Positions 55,553 through 64,000 of a stretch of 64,000 nt of DNA are shown here, piece by piece. Within the stretch, counting starts at the first letter, position 1, and each line of letters begins with the position of its first letter. The stretch is from contig CAYOZJ010000004.1 of assembly GCA_964408485.1 (NCBI GenBank), positions 8,685-72,684 of the forward strand, given 5' to 3'. The notes under the pieces are model-generated. The model was not told the origin of the DNA. It did no database searches and saw only the letters and a program-made list of their open reading frames with translations. Position numbers and translations under genes: made by a program. The stretch is from an uncultured Gammaproteobacteria bacterium. Its GTDB lineage: Bacteria > Patescibacteriota > Microgenomatia > Levybacterales > UBA12049.

Positions 55553-56974
55553 TTACTCGCTCGAAGAATAAAGTTCGTGAACTCTTTTTAATAAGTGTTC
55601 TTTATTATTCAATTCTAAATTCTCATCAACTTCTTCAAATAATTTTTGTAAAAGCTCTCCCACTTGTCGTCCTGGTTTCATGTTCAGCTCTTTCATAATG
55701 TCATTACCATCGATTACAAGGTCATTAATAGAAAATGGACCTGGTGCTAATTCTTTCTCAATTCGCTCTCTAAATAACTTTAATCTCCAAGATTCTGCTG
55801 TTTGGGTACCACTTCCTAATCTATCACCAATACGAAGATCTATCATATCTTTTACATTTTCAACACCAATACGTCGTATAAATCTTCTTACTGCACTATC
55901 TGTAATATGCTCGTCAACGGTAAACATATGCCAGCGAATAAGGGTAATAATTTTTTTCTTGTCCTTTTTAGAGAAATGAAGCCTATTTGCAATATCGTAT
56001 GCAATTTGCGCCCCTGCTATTTCGTGATTGTAAAAAATAACTAGTCCACTTTTGTCCTCACTTCTCACGCGAGGCTTACCAATGTCATGAATAAGTGTTG
56101 CAAAGCGGACAATGGAATCTGTTGCAGGAGTAAGTTTGAGACTAAGCACATTGTGAGTAAATACATCCTCTGTGTGATGTCTTCCGGGACGTTCCTGGGA
56201 CATGCCCACTCCTTCTAAGAGTTCAGGCAAAATATATTGGAGTAAATTAGCATTTTTTAAAAGCATAATTCCCTCATACGGATAATCACTTGCAAGAATC
56301 TTCATAAGTTCATCCCGAATGCGCTCGTTAGAAATGAGAGGAAGGAGTTGAGAGTCTTCTAAAATTGCTTTCCATGTATTCTCTTCAATGGTAAAGCTCA
56401 ATTGTGTTGCAAAACGAATTGCGCGCATAAGGCGTAGTGTATCTTCTTTAAATCGTTCGTTTGGATTTCCAACTGCTCGAATAAGATGGTTTTCTAAATC
56501 CTTTTGTCCGTGGTATGGATCCACAATGTTTTCTCCATTAGTCAGGCTAAGTGCCATGGCATTAATAGTAAAGTCGCGTCGTTGCAAATCTTCCTCGATT
56601 GTTTTTCCCCAAGCGACAATTTCTGGATGCCTACTGTCTGTGTAATTTCGCTCTGTACGGTATGTTGTTATTTCAACGATCTGGTTATTAGTTATTGGTT
56701 CGTGGTTCGTGGTTTCTTTTTCTTGTTCCGAACCATCAGCTATTAGCTCTAAACTAATCGGTACTCCCACTGTTCCAAACTGATTATCGTAAAAACCATT
56801 TGGGAAAACTTTTAAAATTTCCTCAGGTGTTGCATTGGTTGTCATGTCCCAATCTTTAACACTCTTTTTAAGAAACATGTCTCTTACGCAACCGCCAACG
56901 AAGTACACTTCAAAACCTGCGCGAGAAAGAGTATGGTATACTGACAAGACTGACTCTGGAATAGAATTCTCCAT
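55553..56974 (-). CDS. cca: tRNA nucleotidyltransferase (CCA-adding enzyme) with C-terminal HD domain. Start likely MENSIPESV at 56974.
   Basis: [22 protein letters not shown] and HD motif IHDIGKP. Confidence 0.85.
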   Translation of the reverse strand: MENSIPESVLSVYHTLSRAGFEVYFVGGCVRDMFLKKSVKDWDMTTNATPEEILKVFPNGFYDNQFGTVGVPISLELIADGSEQEKETTNHEPITNNQIVEITTYRTERNYTDSRHPEIVAWGKTIEEDLQRRDFTINAMALSLTNGENIVDPYHGQKDLENHLIRAVGNPNERFKEDTLRLMRAIRFATQLSFTIEENTWKAILEDSQLLPLISNERIRDELMKILASDYPYEGIMLLKNANLLQYILPELLEGVGMSQERPGRHHTEDVFTHNVLSLKLTPATDSIVRFATLIHDIGKPRVRSEDKSGLVIFYNHEIAGAQIAYDIANRLHFSKKDKKKIITLIRWHMFTVDEHITDSAVRRFIRRIGVENVKDMIDLRIGDRLGSGTQTAESWRLKLFRERIEKELAPGPFSINDLVIDGNDIMKELNMKPGRQVGELLQKLFEEVDENLELNNKEHLLKRVHELYSSSE

Positions 56975-56991
56975 ATCGCTAAAATTATACC

Positions 56992-58674
56992 ATGAAAAAA
57001 GATACACAATGGGAAGTCCTTACAAAATCTCAAATACCAAATCTCAACCCTGAAAAGCTTCTTGAAATTCTTCTTCAGAATAGAGGATTAACAACAAAAA
57101 AAGACCAAGATGCATTTCTCCATCCAGATTTAGGATCTGTTACGACAGAGTCCGTTGGCATAAATAAAAAAAATCTCACGAAAGCTCTCTCTCGAATTCA
57201 TGGAGCTATAGAAAAGAAACAGGAGATTATTGTATTTGGTGATTATGATGTCGACGGAATTGCCGGGACAGCAATCCTTTGGGAAACACTTAATGCAATG
57301 GGAGCAAAGGTTATTCCCTATATTCCATCTCGGACAGAAGAAGGATATGGTTTGTCCATTGTTGGCATTAACAATATTCTAGAGAAAAATCCAAAGATAA
57401 AATTAATTATTACCGTTGATAATGGTATTGTTGCTAATGATGCTGTGGATTTTGCAGCCACAAAAGGAATAGAGGTAATTCTTACCGATCATCATGTACC
57501 AAGTGATAATTTGCCAAAGGCATACACTATTGTACATACAACTTCGCTTTGTGGGACAAGCGTAGCGTATATGCTTTCTATTGCATTAGGATCAACGAAT
57601 ACAGATCATTTAGCACTTGTTGCATTAGCAACAGTTGCAGATTTGGTCCCTCTGACAAATGGAAATAGAATTTTATTAACTGAAGGACTAAAGGTGCTTC
57701 GTACTACTAAGCGTCCTGGTATTCTGGCACTTTGTGAAGATGCACAAATTCGACAAGGTGATATCGATGTGTATGCAATAGGACATATTCTTGCTCCTCG
57801 TCTTAATGCAATGGGAAGAATTGCATCTGCGATGGATTCACTTCGCCTTCTTTGTACAAAAGATAGAATGCGGGCAAAGGCACTTGCAGAAAAATTGGGA
57901 ATAACCAATAGAGAAAGACAAGAGATGACAAAAAGTCTATCGCTGCATGCAATAGAAGAAGTAAAAAACGGCAAAGCGAAGCTTTCTGATTTACTTGTTG
58001 TGTACGACGAAATATACGATGAGGGAGTAATTGGACTTGTTGCAGGGAGGTTGGTTGAGCAGTTTTACCGTCCATCAATTGTTTTATCTGTTGGCAAATC
58101 TATAAGTAAAGCGTCAGCAAGAAGTGTCAGTGGATTTAATATTGTTGAGTTTATTCGTTCGGCTTCCCACCTACTTATTAATGCAGGGGGCCATCCTATG
58201 GCAGCAGGATTCACTATCTATACAGAAAAGATTGCCGAATTAGAAAGCCATTTTGCAGAGAAGTTAAAAGAATATATTACTGAGGAGTTATTTATTAGAA
58301 CAATAAAGATTGATTGTGAGTTACCCTTGCAGTTTGTCACTCAAGAACTCTACGAGAGTATTCAAGCTTTGGCGCCTTTTGGTATGGGAAATTCTGAGCC
58401 AACGTTTGTTGGAGAAGCAAAAATAGTTTCAATACGGCAGGTTGGGAAAGATAAAAATCATTTGTCTATGCAGTTTGCACCTCTTCCTTCAAGCAAAGAG
58501 AAAAGTTCTCGTGATGTTCGAACAATAAATTCCATTGCTTTTGGAATGGGGGATAGAATGAGTGAATTTAAGACAGGAGATAGTGTGGGAATTGTCTATA
58601 TCATAGATGAGAATGAATGGAATAATAGGAAAAGTTTACAATTGAAGATAAGAGATATAAAACTTATTGTCTAA
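56992..58674 (+). CDS. recJ: Single-stranded-DNA-specific exonuclease RecJ
   Basis: DHH motifs DYDVDGIAG, DHH and GGHPMAAG (DHHA1). Confidence 0.9.
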   Translation: MKKDTQWEVLTKSQIPNLNPEKLLEILLQNRGLTTKKDQDAFLHPDLGSVTTESVGINKKNLTKALSRIHGAIEKKQEIIVFGDYDVDGIAGTAILWETLNAMGAKVIPYIPSRTEEGYGLSIVGINNILEKNPKIKLIITVDNGIVANDAVDFAATKGIEVILTDHHVPSDNLPKAYTIVHTTSLCGTSVAYMLSIALGSTNTDHLALVALATVADLVPLTNGNRILLTEGLKVLRTTKRPGILALCEDAQIRQGDIDVYAIGHILAPRLNAMGRIASAMDSLRLLCTKDRMRAKALAEKLGITNRERQEMTKSLSLHAIEEVKNGKAKLSDLLVVYDEIYDEGVIGLVAGRLVEQFYRPSIVLSVGKSISKASARSVSGFNIVEFIRSASHLLINAGGHPMAAGFTIYTEKIAELESHFAEKLKEYITEELFIRTIKIDCELPLQFVTQELYESIQALAPFGMGNSEPTFVGEAKIVSIRQVGKDKNHLSMQFAPLPSSKEKSSRDVRTINSIAFGMGDRMSEFKTGDSVGIVYIIDENEWNNRKSLQLKIRDIKLIV

Positions 58675-58900
58675 AACCTTCTCTTCGAGATGGTATTCCG
58701 TGAAATCGTTTCATTGCCCTACTCATTTCTGCTTGTTGTACATTTTGTCTTTGATGTTTTGGTTTACGAGAAGGATTTTGTTTTGAAGATGATCCATTTG
58801 TAACCTTTCTTTCAGTTTTTCCCTGACGACTAGTATTCTTAAAAAGAATTACATCAGAAATGTTTGGAAGATATTTTTGTAAAACATTTCTTTCTAGCAT
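58664..58900 (-). CDS. Hypothetical 78-aa basic protein
   Basis: ORF only. Rich in K/R/Q. Confidence 0.3.
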   Translation of the reverse strand: MLERNVLQKYLPNISDVILFKNTSRQGKTERKVTNGSSSKQNPSRKPKHQRQNVQQAEMSRAMKRFHGIPSRREGFRQ

Positions 58901-58993
58901 AGTAGCAGCATTATAATAAATTCTTTTTAAGAAATCAAAAAATTAAGCGGTAAGATAATCTCCTACCGCCTATTTAGTCCTTAGCAATAAATA

Positions 58994-59152
58994 CTAATTG
59001 CCACTACCGTTACGGCTTCGTTGGCCTTTTTGTTGCAGACGTGCCCATCTTGTTCTTGGATCAGGTGCTGCATCTGTTCTATATTTCTTTTTAAGTTCAA
59101 CCTGTTGAGCTGTTCTTGGATCAACTGATTGATCTGCTTCACTTGTTTGCAT
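58994..59152 (-). CDS. 52-aa micro-protein MQTSEADQSVDPRTAQQ...DPRTRWARLQQKGQRSRNGSGN with a strong SD (AAAGGGGGTGAAAAAAT then ATG)
   Basis: The SD context is nearly identical to that of micro-ORF 49047-49190. Internal DPRT repeat. Not in the ORF track. Confidence 0.35.
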   Translation of the reverse strand: MQTSEADQSVDPRTAQQVELKKKYRTDAAPDPRTRWARLQQKGQRSRNGSGN

Positions 59153-59236
59153 ATTTTTTCACCCCCTTTCTTTTAGTATTTTCTTTCATAGTTTTGTTTA
59201 CTTGACTTCTTTTAGACATATTTCAACCATAAAAAA

Positions 59237-59275
59237 TCTCCCTATATCTAAAGGGAGATTGTACGCACTTTTTAC
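59237..59275. promoter_or_regulatory. 8-bp hairpin (ATCTCCCT/AGGGAGAT) followed by a T-run on both strands. Bidirectional terminator-like, between the micro-ORF and aspS.
   Basis: Seen directly. Plus strand gives ...GGGAGATTGTACGCACTTTTT. Minus strand gives ...GGGAGATTTTTTAT. Confidence 0.35.
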
Positions 59276-59412
59276 GCCAGATCTCCCCCTATTGAATAGG
59301 AAGATTACAAATGTAAATAAAGTGTCGGACGGAATTTGTCATATGACTACTTTATCATACCAAAGTTAGAAAACCCTTGTCAACAGGGTATTTAACCAGG
59401 TACAATAGCCAC

Positions 59413-60768
59413 ATGGCCCGAACACTTATTTTAAATACAACAAAAGAAGTTGGAAAAGATGTAACCGTTGTCGGTTGGATTCAAACAGTCAGAAAGCACG
59501 GCAAAATCGCATTTTTTGATTTGTATGATCGATCAGCCCTTTTGCAAGTTGTTGCAGTAGATTCTGGTGTTTTGGAAACAGTCAATAAGCTCGAGCAGCG
59601 AGCAGCAGTAAAGGTGAAGGGACATGTAAAAGAACGAGGAGAAAAATATATTAATCCTGATTTGCCAACTGGGAAGGTAGAGCTAGAGGCAACGGATGTG
59701 GAAATTCTTTCTTTGCCTGAAGCATTACCATTTGATATGGGGGGAAAAGAGCTAAATCTTGAGCTCCCAACACTTCTTGATTATCGTTCGCTTACTCTCA
59801 AACATGAAACACAGCGAGATATCTTTATTATCCAAGCAGCAATTGCTGAGGAATTTAGAAAAGCGGCAGAAAGCCTTGGCTGTATAGAAATTTTTGTTCC
59901 AACAATTGTTGCTGGTGCAACAGAAGGCGGAGCAGAGGTTTTCTCTTTGGATTATTTTGACAGAAAAGCATACATGTCTCAAAGTCCACAATTGTATAAG
60001 CAGATGATGGTTGGGGTATTCGAACGTGTTTTTACAATTGCTAAAGCATACCGAGCAGAGCCATCTGTAACAACACGCCATTTAACAGAAGCAACGCAAA
60101 TGGATGTTGAAATTGCATTTATAGAAAGTTTTGACGAGCTGTTGGATGCATTAGAATCTGTTGGCACCAGTGTTATCGCAAAAGTTGCAGAGAGATTTCC
60201 AAAAATTCTCCAAGCATTTGGTGTAGAAAACCCTCTCACCGGCAACGTGCCGCGGCTCACTCTTCGAGAGGCTCAAGAAATAGTTACAAAACGGACAGGA
60301 CGGGATTTGTCAAAAGAAAAAGATCTTAATCCGGAAGATGAGAAAGAGATTTGTCAGTGGGCAAAAGAAGAAAGAAAGTCTGATTTTGTTACCATTACCC
60401 ATTTTCCTATGGAGAAAAAACCATTTTATACCCATCCAGATCCAGAAAATCCGGAATACAGTTTGTCCTACGATCTTCTATTTAGAGGGCTGGAAGTGCT
60501 TAGCGGTAGTAGGCGTGTCGATAACTATGACTTATTGGTTAAGCAAATGAAGGATAAAAAGGTAAATCCGGAAAGTTTTCGTATGTATTTAATGGCATTT
60601 AAATACGGTATGCCCCCGGAAGGCGGATTTTCTTTTGGGCTCGAAAGACTTACAATGAAATTACTCGAATTATCCAATGTGCGAGAAGCATCACTTTTCC
60701 CACGAGATATGGAGCGAATTGATGAAAGACTTTCTGTTCTTTATAAAAACTCAGACGGTAAAAAATAA
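59413..60768 (+). CDS. aspS: Aspartyl-tRNA synthetase, archaeal/type-2 form (probably non-discriminating). Start at MARTLILNT (59413). The ATG lies 7 nt after a TTGTCA-18-TACAAT promoter-like pair.
   Basis: OB-fold N-terminus and class II motifs (FRGLEVLSGSRR, GGFSFGLERLTMKLLELSNVREASLFPRD). Confidence 0.9.
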   Translation: MARTLILNTTKEVGKDVTVVGWIQTVRKHGKIAFFDLYDRSALLQVVAVDSGVLETVNKLEQRAAVKVKGHVKERGEKYINPDLPTGKVELEATDVEILSLPEALPFDMGGKELNLELPTLLDYRSLTLKHETQRDIFIIQAAIAEEFRKAAESLGCIEIFVPTIVAGATEGGAEVFSLDYFDRKAYMSQSPQLYKQMMVGVFERVFTIAKAYRAEPSVTTRHLTEATQMDVEIAFIESFDELLDALESVGTSVIAKVAERFPKILQAFGVENPLTGNVPRLTLREAQEIVTKRTGRDLSKEKDLNPEDEKEICQWAKEERKSDFVTITHFPMEKKPFYTHPDPENPEYSLSYDLLFRGLEVLSGSRRVDNYDLLVKQMKDKKVNPESFRMYLMAFKYGMPPEGGFSFGLERLTMKLLELSNVREASLFPRDMERIDERLSVLYKNSDGKK

Positions 60769-61678
60769 AGTCCTTTTCCTTAGGTCTCATACAATCCTTT
60801 TTTATTTGTCTCTTTGTCTTATTCCCGTTATTCTTTTTTTGCTGTCATACGTAACAGGTGTATTTGCCAACAATCTTGCCCCGAAATCAGATCCACAATC
60901 TATTGTAAAAGCAGCAGATTATCCATTGCTTGAGCGCGCATTTTCTCCAATTGTTACGGCAAATGCTGCGTACATTTTAGACAATACGTCAAAGGTTGTT
61001 TTATTTGCTAAAAATGACCAATTACGATTCTCTCCTGCATCAACAACAAAAATCATGACTGCGCTTGTTGCTTTGGATTATTATAAACTGGATGACACGA
61101 TTTCTATAAAACGGTCAGGGGTCGAGCCTGTTGTTGTAGGATTTCCTTTGGGAGATAAAGCGTCATTTCAGGATATGCTGTATGCAATGCTTGTCCCATC
61201 AGGCAATGACGTTGCCTTTGCCATTGCAGATAATTATCCTGGAGGTGAAAAAGCATTTGTCGAGCAAATGAATAAAAAAGCAAAGCTTCTCCATTTAGAT
61301 AATACCCATTTTGGCGACCCTGTAGGACTTGATGATACCAATGACTATACAACAGTACGAGATATGGCACTTCTTGCGTCCTTTGCAATGAATCATCCAC
61401 TACTGTCTAAAATTGTTGGGACAAAAGAAAAAATAATTACTGATGCACTAGGTCAAAAATACGATTTGAAAACAACAAATAAATTACTTGGTTTGTACGG
61501 TGTAAATGGTGTAAAGACAGGATATACAGGAGAAGCAGGAGAAGTGCTCGTAACATCTGCTGTTATTCATGACCACACATTTATTACGGTTGTTATGAAG
61601 TCAGATGATCGATTTGCAGATACAGAAAAATTATTACAGCTTTTACAAAACGTTACTTTCGTACCCATTCGTCCGTGA
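60677..61678 (+). CDS. dacA: D-alanyl-D-alanine carboxypeptidase (peptidase S11, PBP5-like). Start uncertain, possibly an in-frame TTG near 60810.
   Basis: SxxK (SPASTTKIMTAL), SGN (VPSGNDVAFA) and KTG (VKTGYTGEAG) motifs. Confidence 0.8.
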   Translation: MCEKHHFSHEIWSELMKDFLFFIKTQTVKNKVLFLRSHTILFYLSLCLIPVILFLLSYVTGVFANNLAPKSDPQSIVKAADYPLLERAFSPIVTANAAYILDNTSKVVLFAKNDQLRFSPASTTKIMTALVALDYYKLDDTISIKRSGVEPVVVGFPLGDKASFQDMLYAMLVPSGNDVAFAIADNYPGGEKAFVEQMNKKAKLLHLDNTHFGDPVGLDDTNDYTTVRDMALLASFAMNHPLLSKIVGTKEKIITDALGQKYDLKTTNKLLGLYGVNGVKTGYTGEAGEVLVTSAVIHDHTFITVVMKSDDRFADTEKLLQLLQNVTFVPIRP

Positions 61679-62702
61679 GAGCAGCAATATACGCATAAAA
61701 TCCTTTATTTCCTTGAAATACAATAATTGGCCAAAGATACTGCTGAGATGTTGGATCTATAAAATATCCTAATGTAACATCGGTAATAGTAATATTTGTT
61801 TCTCCTGTTGGATTAGCGGCAATATACCCTTTTCCATCTTTTAATTCCGCAAAAGCCTGAGACGCACTTTTAATAGGATATGTTGCTTTATCGCTTGTAG
61901 TACTTCTGTGATAATATTGTGCTTCAATCAGTTGCGGGAAATCAGTTACCCCGGATGCAATAAGTGAATAAATAAGTGACTCAGCGGGGTTAACTCCAAA
62001 CACTGGAATTTTATCTATGTCTTTGGGGAAATAATCTACTCGAATCACTTGTGCATTGGATAGACTTGATGCGGGCTGTAGTCCACCTGGTCCAATAGAA
62101 AGAAGTGTTGTTTTAGTTTTGTTATCGTCAATAGAATTAGGAAGCGGCATAAATTTATCAAAGAATGTTTTACTAAATGTCCGTGCTGTTGCTTCGTCTG
62201 GCATATTTGCTGCATCTGTAACTGTTGTGTCATTTCTATATTGACTGGTTAGAGTAAAGTCAAATGACTGAATGTCCATATCAAGCGTTGAGGGTAATGG
62301 ATCAGTTTTGGTCCAGCGGTATGCAGTATCTGAAAGAGCAATGGGAGTGTTAGCAAATCCACCTGCTGCGGCGATATCCTTTGCTTTATCAAGTCCGAGT
62401 AAATTCGGTGTTGGCTGTTGCAACTTATATACATTCATACGGTCAGGTAGTGTAGGGAGACTTCCTGAAAGAGTATTAACTGTATACGAGTAATTTTTAT
62501 TATCTAAATTTTGAGGAAAGCTTACTAATGCAATTTTTCCAAATGCTACTGTTGGTGCTGGAAGAGGTGTTGGAGCAATAAGTTCTTTAACAAATGCGCC
62601 GACCTTAAAAAGGACAAAAAGTAACACAATTGCCGCGATACCAATTCCACCGATTTCAGCAATTTTTCTTGTAAGATCACTTACCTTGGACAGGGTAGCC
62701 AT
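61653..62702 (-). CDS. Hypothetical N-terminally anchored extracytoplasmic protein (349 aa). The ORF extends to 62912, but the start is likely MATLSKVSDL at 62702.
   Basis: TM helix IGGIGIAAIVLLFVLF follows the MATLSK start. No family recognised. Confidence 0.45.
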   Translation of the reverse strand: MATLSKVSDLTRKIAEIGGIGIAAIVLLFVLFKVGAFVKELIAPTPLPAPTVAFGKIALVSFPQNLDNKNYSYTVNTLSGSLPTLPDRMNVYKLQQPTPNLLGLDKAKDIAAAGGFANTPIALSDTAYRWTKTDPLPSTLDMDIQSFDFTLTSQYRNDTTVTDAANMPDEATARTFSKTFFDKFMPLPNSIDDNKTKTTLLSIGPGGLQPASSLSNAQVIRVDYFPKDIDKIPVFGVNPAESLIYSLIASGVTDFPQLIEAQYYHRSTTSDKATYPIKSASQAFAELKDGKGYIAANPTGETNITITDVTLGYFIDPTSQQYLWPIIVFQGNKGFYAYIAALTDEWVRK

Positions 62703-62810
62703 ATATTGAGTATAGCCAGGATTTGGACTACAATGCAAGACAGGTACCAGACGGTACCTGTCGCAGGTAGGTATAGAATTGTACCTACCAAGAAAGGATT
62801 TAACAAAATT

Positions 62811-64000
62811 ATGAAACAAGTCAGAGTCCGTATGGCGCCAAGTCCCACAGGGGAATATCACATTGGGCATATTAGGACCGTTTTGTATAACTGGGCATTT
62901 GCTAAGCAACAAAAAGGTGTCTTTATTATGCGTATTGAAGACACTGACAGAACGCGATATATAGAGGGAGCAATTGATAGGATTCTTGATGTTGTTGTAG
63001 ATTATGGATTCGACTGGAATGAAGGTCCACGTGTTGGTGGAGATTACGGGCCATATATTCAGTCAGAGCGATTAGATTTATATAAAAAATATGCACGTGA
63101 GTTAGTAGAAAAAAAAGCTGCATATTATTGCTTCTGTACAGCCGAACGGTTGGAGAAAATGCGTGAAGAGCAAAAAGCAAAAAAACTTATTCCAAAATAT
63201 GACAAATTATGCCTTTCACTTACACCAGAAGAGGTACAGAAAAATCTTGATGAGGCTACGCCATATGTTATCCGACTTAATGTACTACCAGGAAAGATAA
63301 TACATTTTCACGATGTAGTCTTTGGTGATGTAGCAGTTAACTCCGATGATATAGATGATCAGGTTCTTTTAAAATCAGATGGATTTCCTACATATCACTT
63401 GGGTGTTGTTGTCGATGACCACTTAATGGGAATAACGCATGTCATGCGAGGAAATGATTGGATTCCATCTACTCCAAAGCATGTTATTCTTTACGACGCA
63501 TTTGGCTGGGAGTTGCCTGTCTATGCACATTTGCCAAATTTAAAAGAATTAGGTGCTTTAAAAAAATTATCCAAACGATTTGGACCCGTGTCTGCGAGGG
63601 AGTTTTTAGACGCAGGATATTTGCCTGAAGCGCTTGTTAATTTTCTTATGTTTTTGGGGTGGAATCCGGGTACAGAAAAGGAAATCTATTCTCTAGATGA
63701 ATTTATTCGTGACTTTGATATTAAGAAAATTCACAAAACAGACTTAGTCTCTTTTGATAGGCAAAAATTGGATTGGATCAATGGATATTATATCCAACAC
63801 ATGGAGGATAGTGTTCTTTTAGAAAAATTAAAAACATATTATAAAAACGATACAGAAGTAATAAAAATTCTTGGTGACTCAGAAAAATTGCCACTTATTT
63901 CTCTTGCCAAAACAAGAATGAAAATTCTCTCTGAATTTAAAGATTTAGTATTATGGACAAAAGCAGATTTAACAACAGACGAAAAAGAAGTAGCTCAGAT
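62811..64000 (+). CDS. gltX: Glutamyl-tRNA synthetase, 3' partial (runs off the window end). Absent from the ORF track because no stop is reached.
   Basis: MKQVRVRMAPSPTGEYHIGHIRT (HIGH motif). Later KISKR-like region (KLSKRFG). Confidence 0.85.
   Translation, partial: MKQVRVRMAPSPTGEYHIGHIRTVLYNWAFAKQQKGVFIMRIEDTDRTRYIEGAIDRILDVVVDYGFDWNEGPRVGGDYGPYIQSERLDLYKKYARELVEKKAAYYCFCTAERLEKMREEQKAKKLIPKYDKLCLSLTPEEVQKNLDEATPYVIRLNVLPGKIIHFHDVVFGDVAVNSDDIDDQVLLKSDGFPTYHLGVVVDDHLMGITHVMRGNDWIPSTPKHVILYDAFGWELPVYAHLPNLKELGALKKLSKRFGPVSAREFLDAGYLPEALVNFLMFLGWNPGTEKEIYSLDEFIRDFDIKKIHKTDLVSFDRQKLDWINGYYIQHMEDSVLLEKLKTYYKNDTEVIKILGDSEKLPLISLAKTRMKILSEFKDLVLWTKADLTTDEKEVAQ

Noticed and set aside
60677-60768. 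92-nt overlap between the aspS 3' end and the listed dacA ORF start
   Set aside because: This is probably not a real overlap. The dacA frame has no ATG before residue ~45. An internal TTG (~60810) in front of the hydrophobic signal sequence is the more plausible start.
1-64000. CRISPR arrays, transposases, integrases and prophage genes
   Set aside because: No regularly spaced direct repeats with unique spacers, and no DDE or tyrosine recombinase signatures in any ORF. The dispersed repeats are short palindromes without associated transposase genes.

Overview
AT-rich 64 kb chromosomal window from a small-genome, streamlined bacterium (CPR/Patescibacteria-like is an inference). About 70 genes are tightly packed on both strands, and most of them are housekeeping genes. 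From the start: a 5'-partial Ham1/RdgB, SerRS, SecA, an MgtA-like P-type ATPase, and an RsmF-like rRNA methyltransferase. Next come an ABC-2 exporter pair, several DMT/EamA-like membrane proteins, and a 709-aa HAD-IIB phosphatase fusion protein. A minus-strand MazG-like - EEP nuclease - MGMT trio follows. Then: UppP, an NRAMP transporter, RF2 with no programmed frameshift, an MFS transporter, FtsE-FtsX plus a coiled-coil/C39-like peptidase, and a TsaE-TsaC-short TsaB cluster. A 12-gene nucleotide-sugar cluster comes next (RmlA/B/D, two NUDIX, a cupin, Ugd, Rmd, Gmd, Uxs) and ends in a GT2 polyprenol-phosphate-sugar synthase and a GT-C PMT/ArnT-like transferase. After it lie tiny zinc-ribbon ORFs, SecD-[MazG-like]-SecF, GIY-YIG, YqeY, the CCA enzyme, RecJ, AspRS, a D-Ala-D-Ala carboxypeptidase and a 3'-partial GluRS. 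I found no rRNA, tRNA, CRISPR array or transposase. The most unusual feature is a set of short GC-rich palindromic/dispersed repeat families in this AT-rich background. Several copies sit in frame inside conserved genes: a 69-nt palindrome adds about 23 residues to TsaE, and several elements lie inside the HAD phosphatase fusion. This resembles Rickettsia palindromic elements. Others end immediately upstream of start codons. A ~126-nt element with inverted termini occurs twice. Other points worth follow-up: a 580-nt non-coding stretch upstream of secA holding a 23-aa Lys/Arg-rich micro-ORF with a strong SD; a promoter-to-terminator leader in front of serS; micro-ORFs that share a GGGGGTGA ribosome-binding context; and a candidate protein O-glycosylation module (Ppm1-like GT2 plus PMT-like GT-C) with a Pro/Thr-rich surface protein as a plausible substrate. 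All calls are from reading the sequence and ORF translations by eye. No searches were run.
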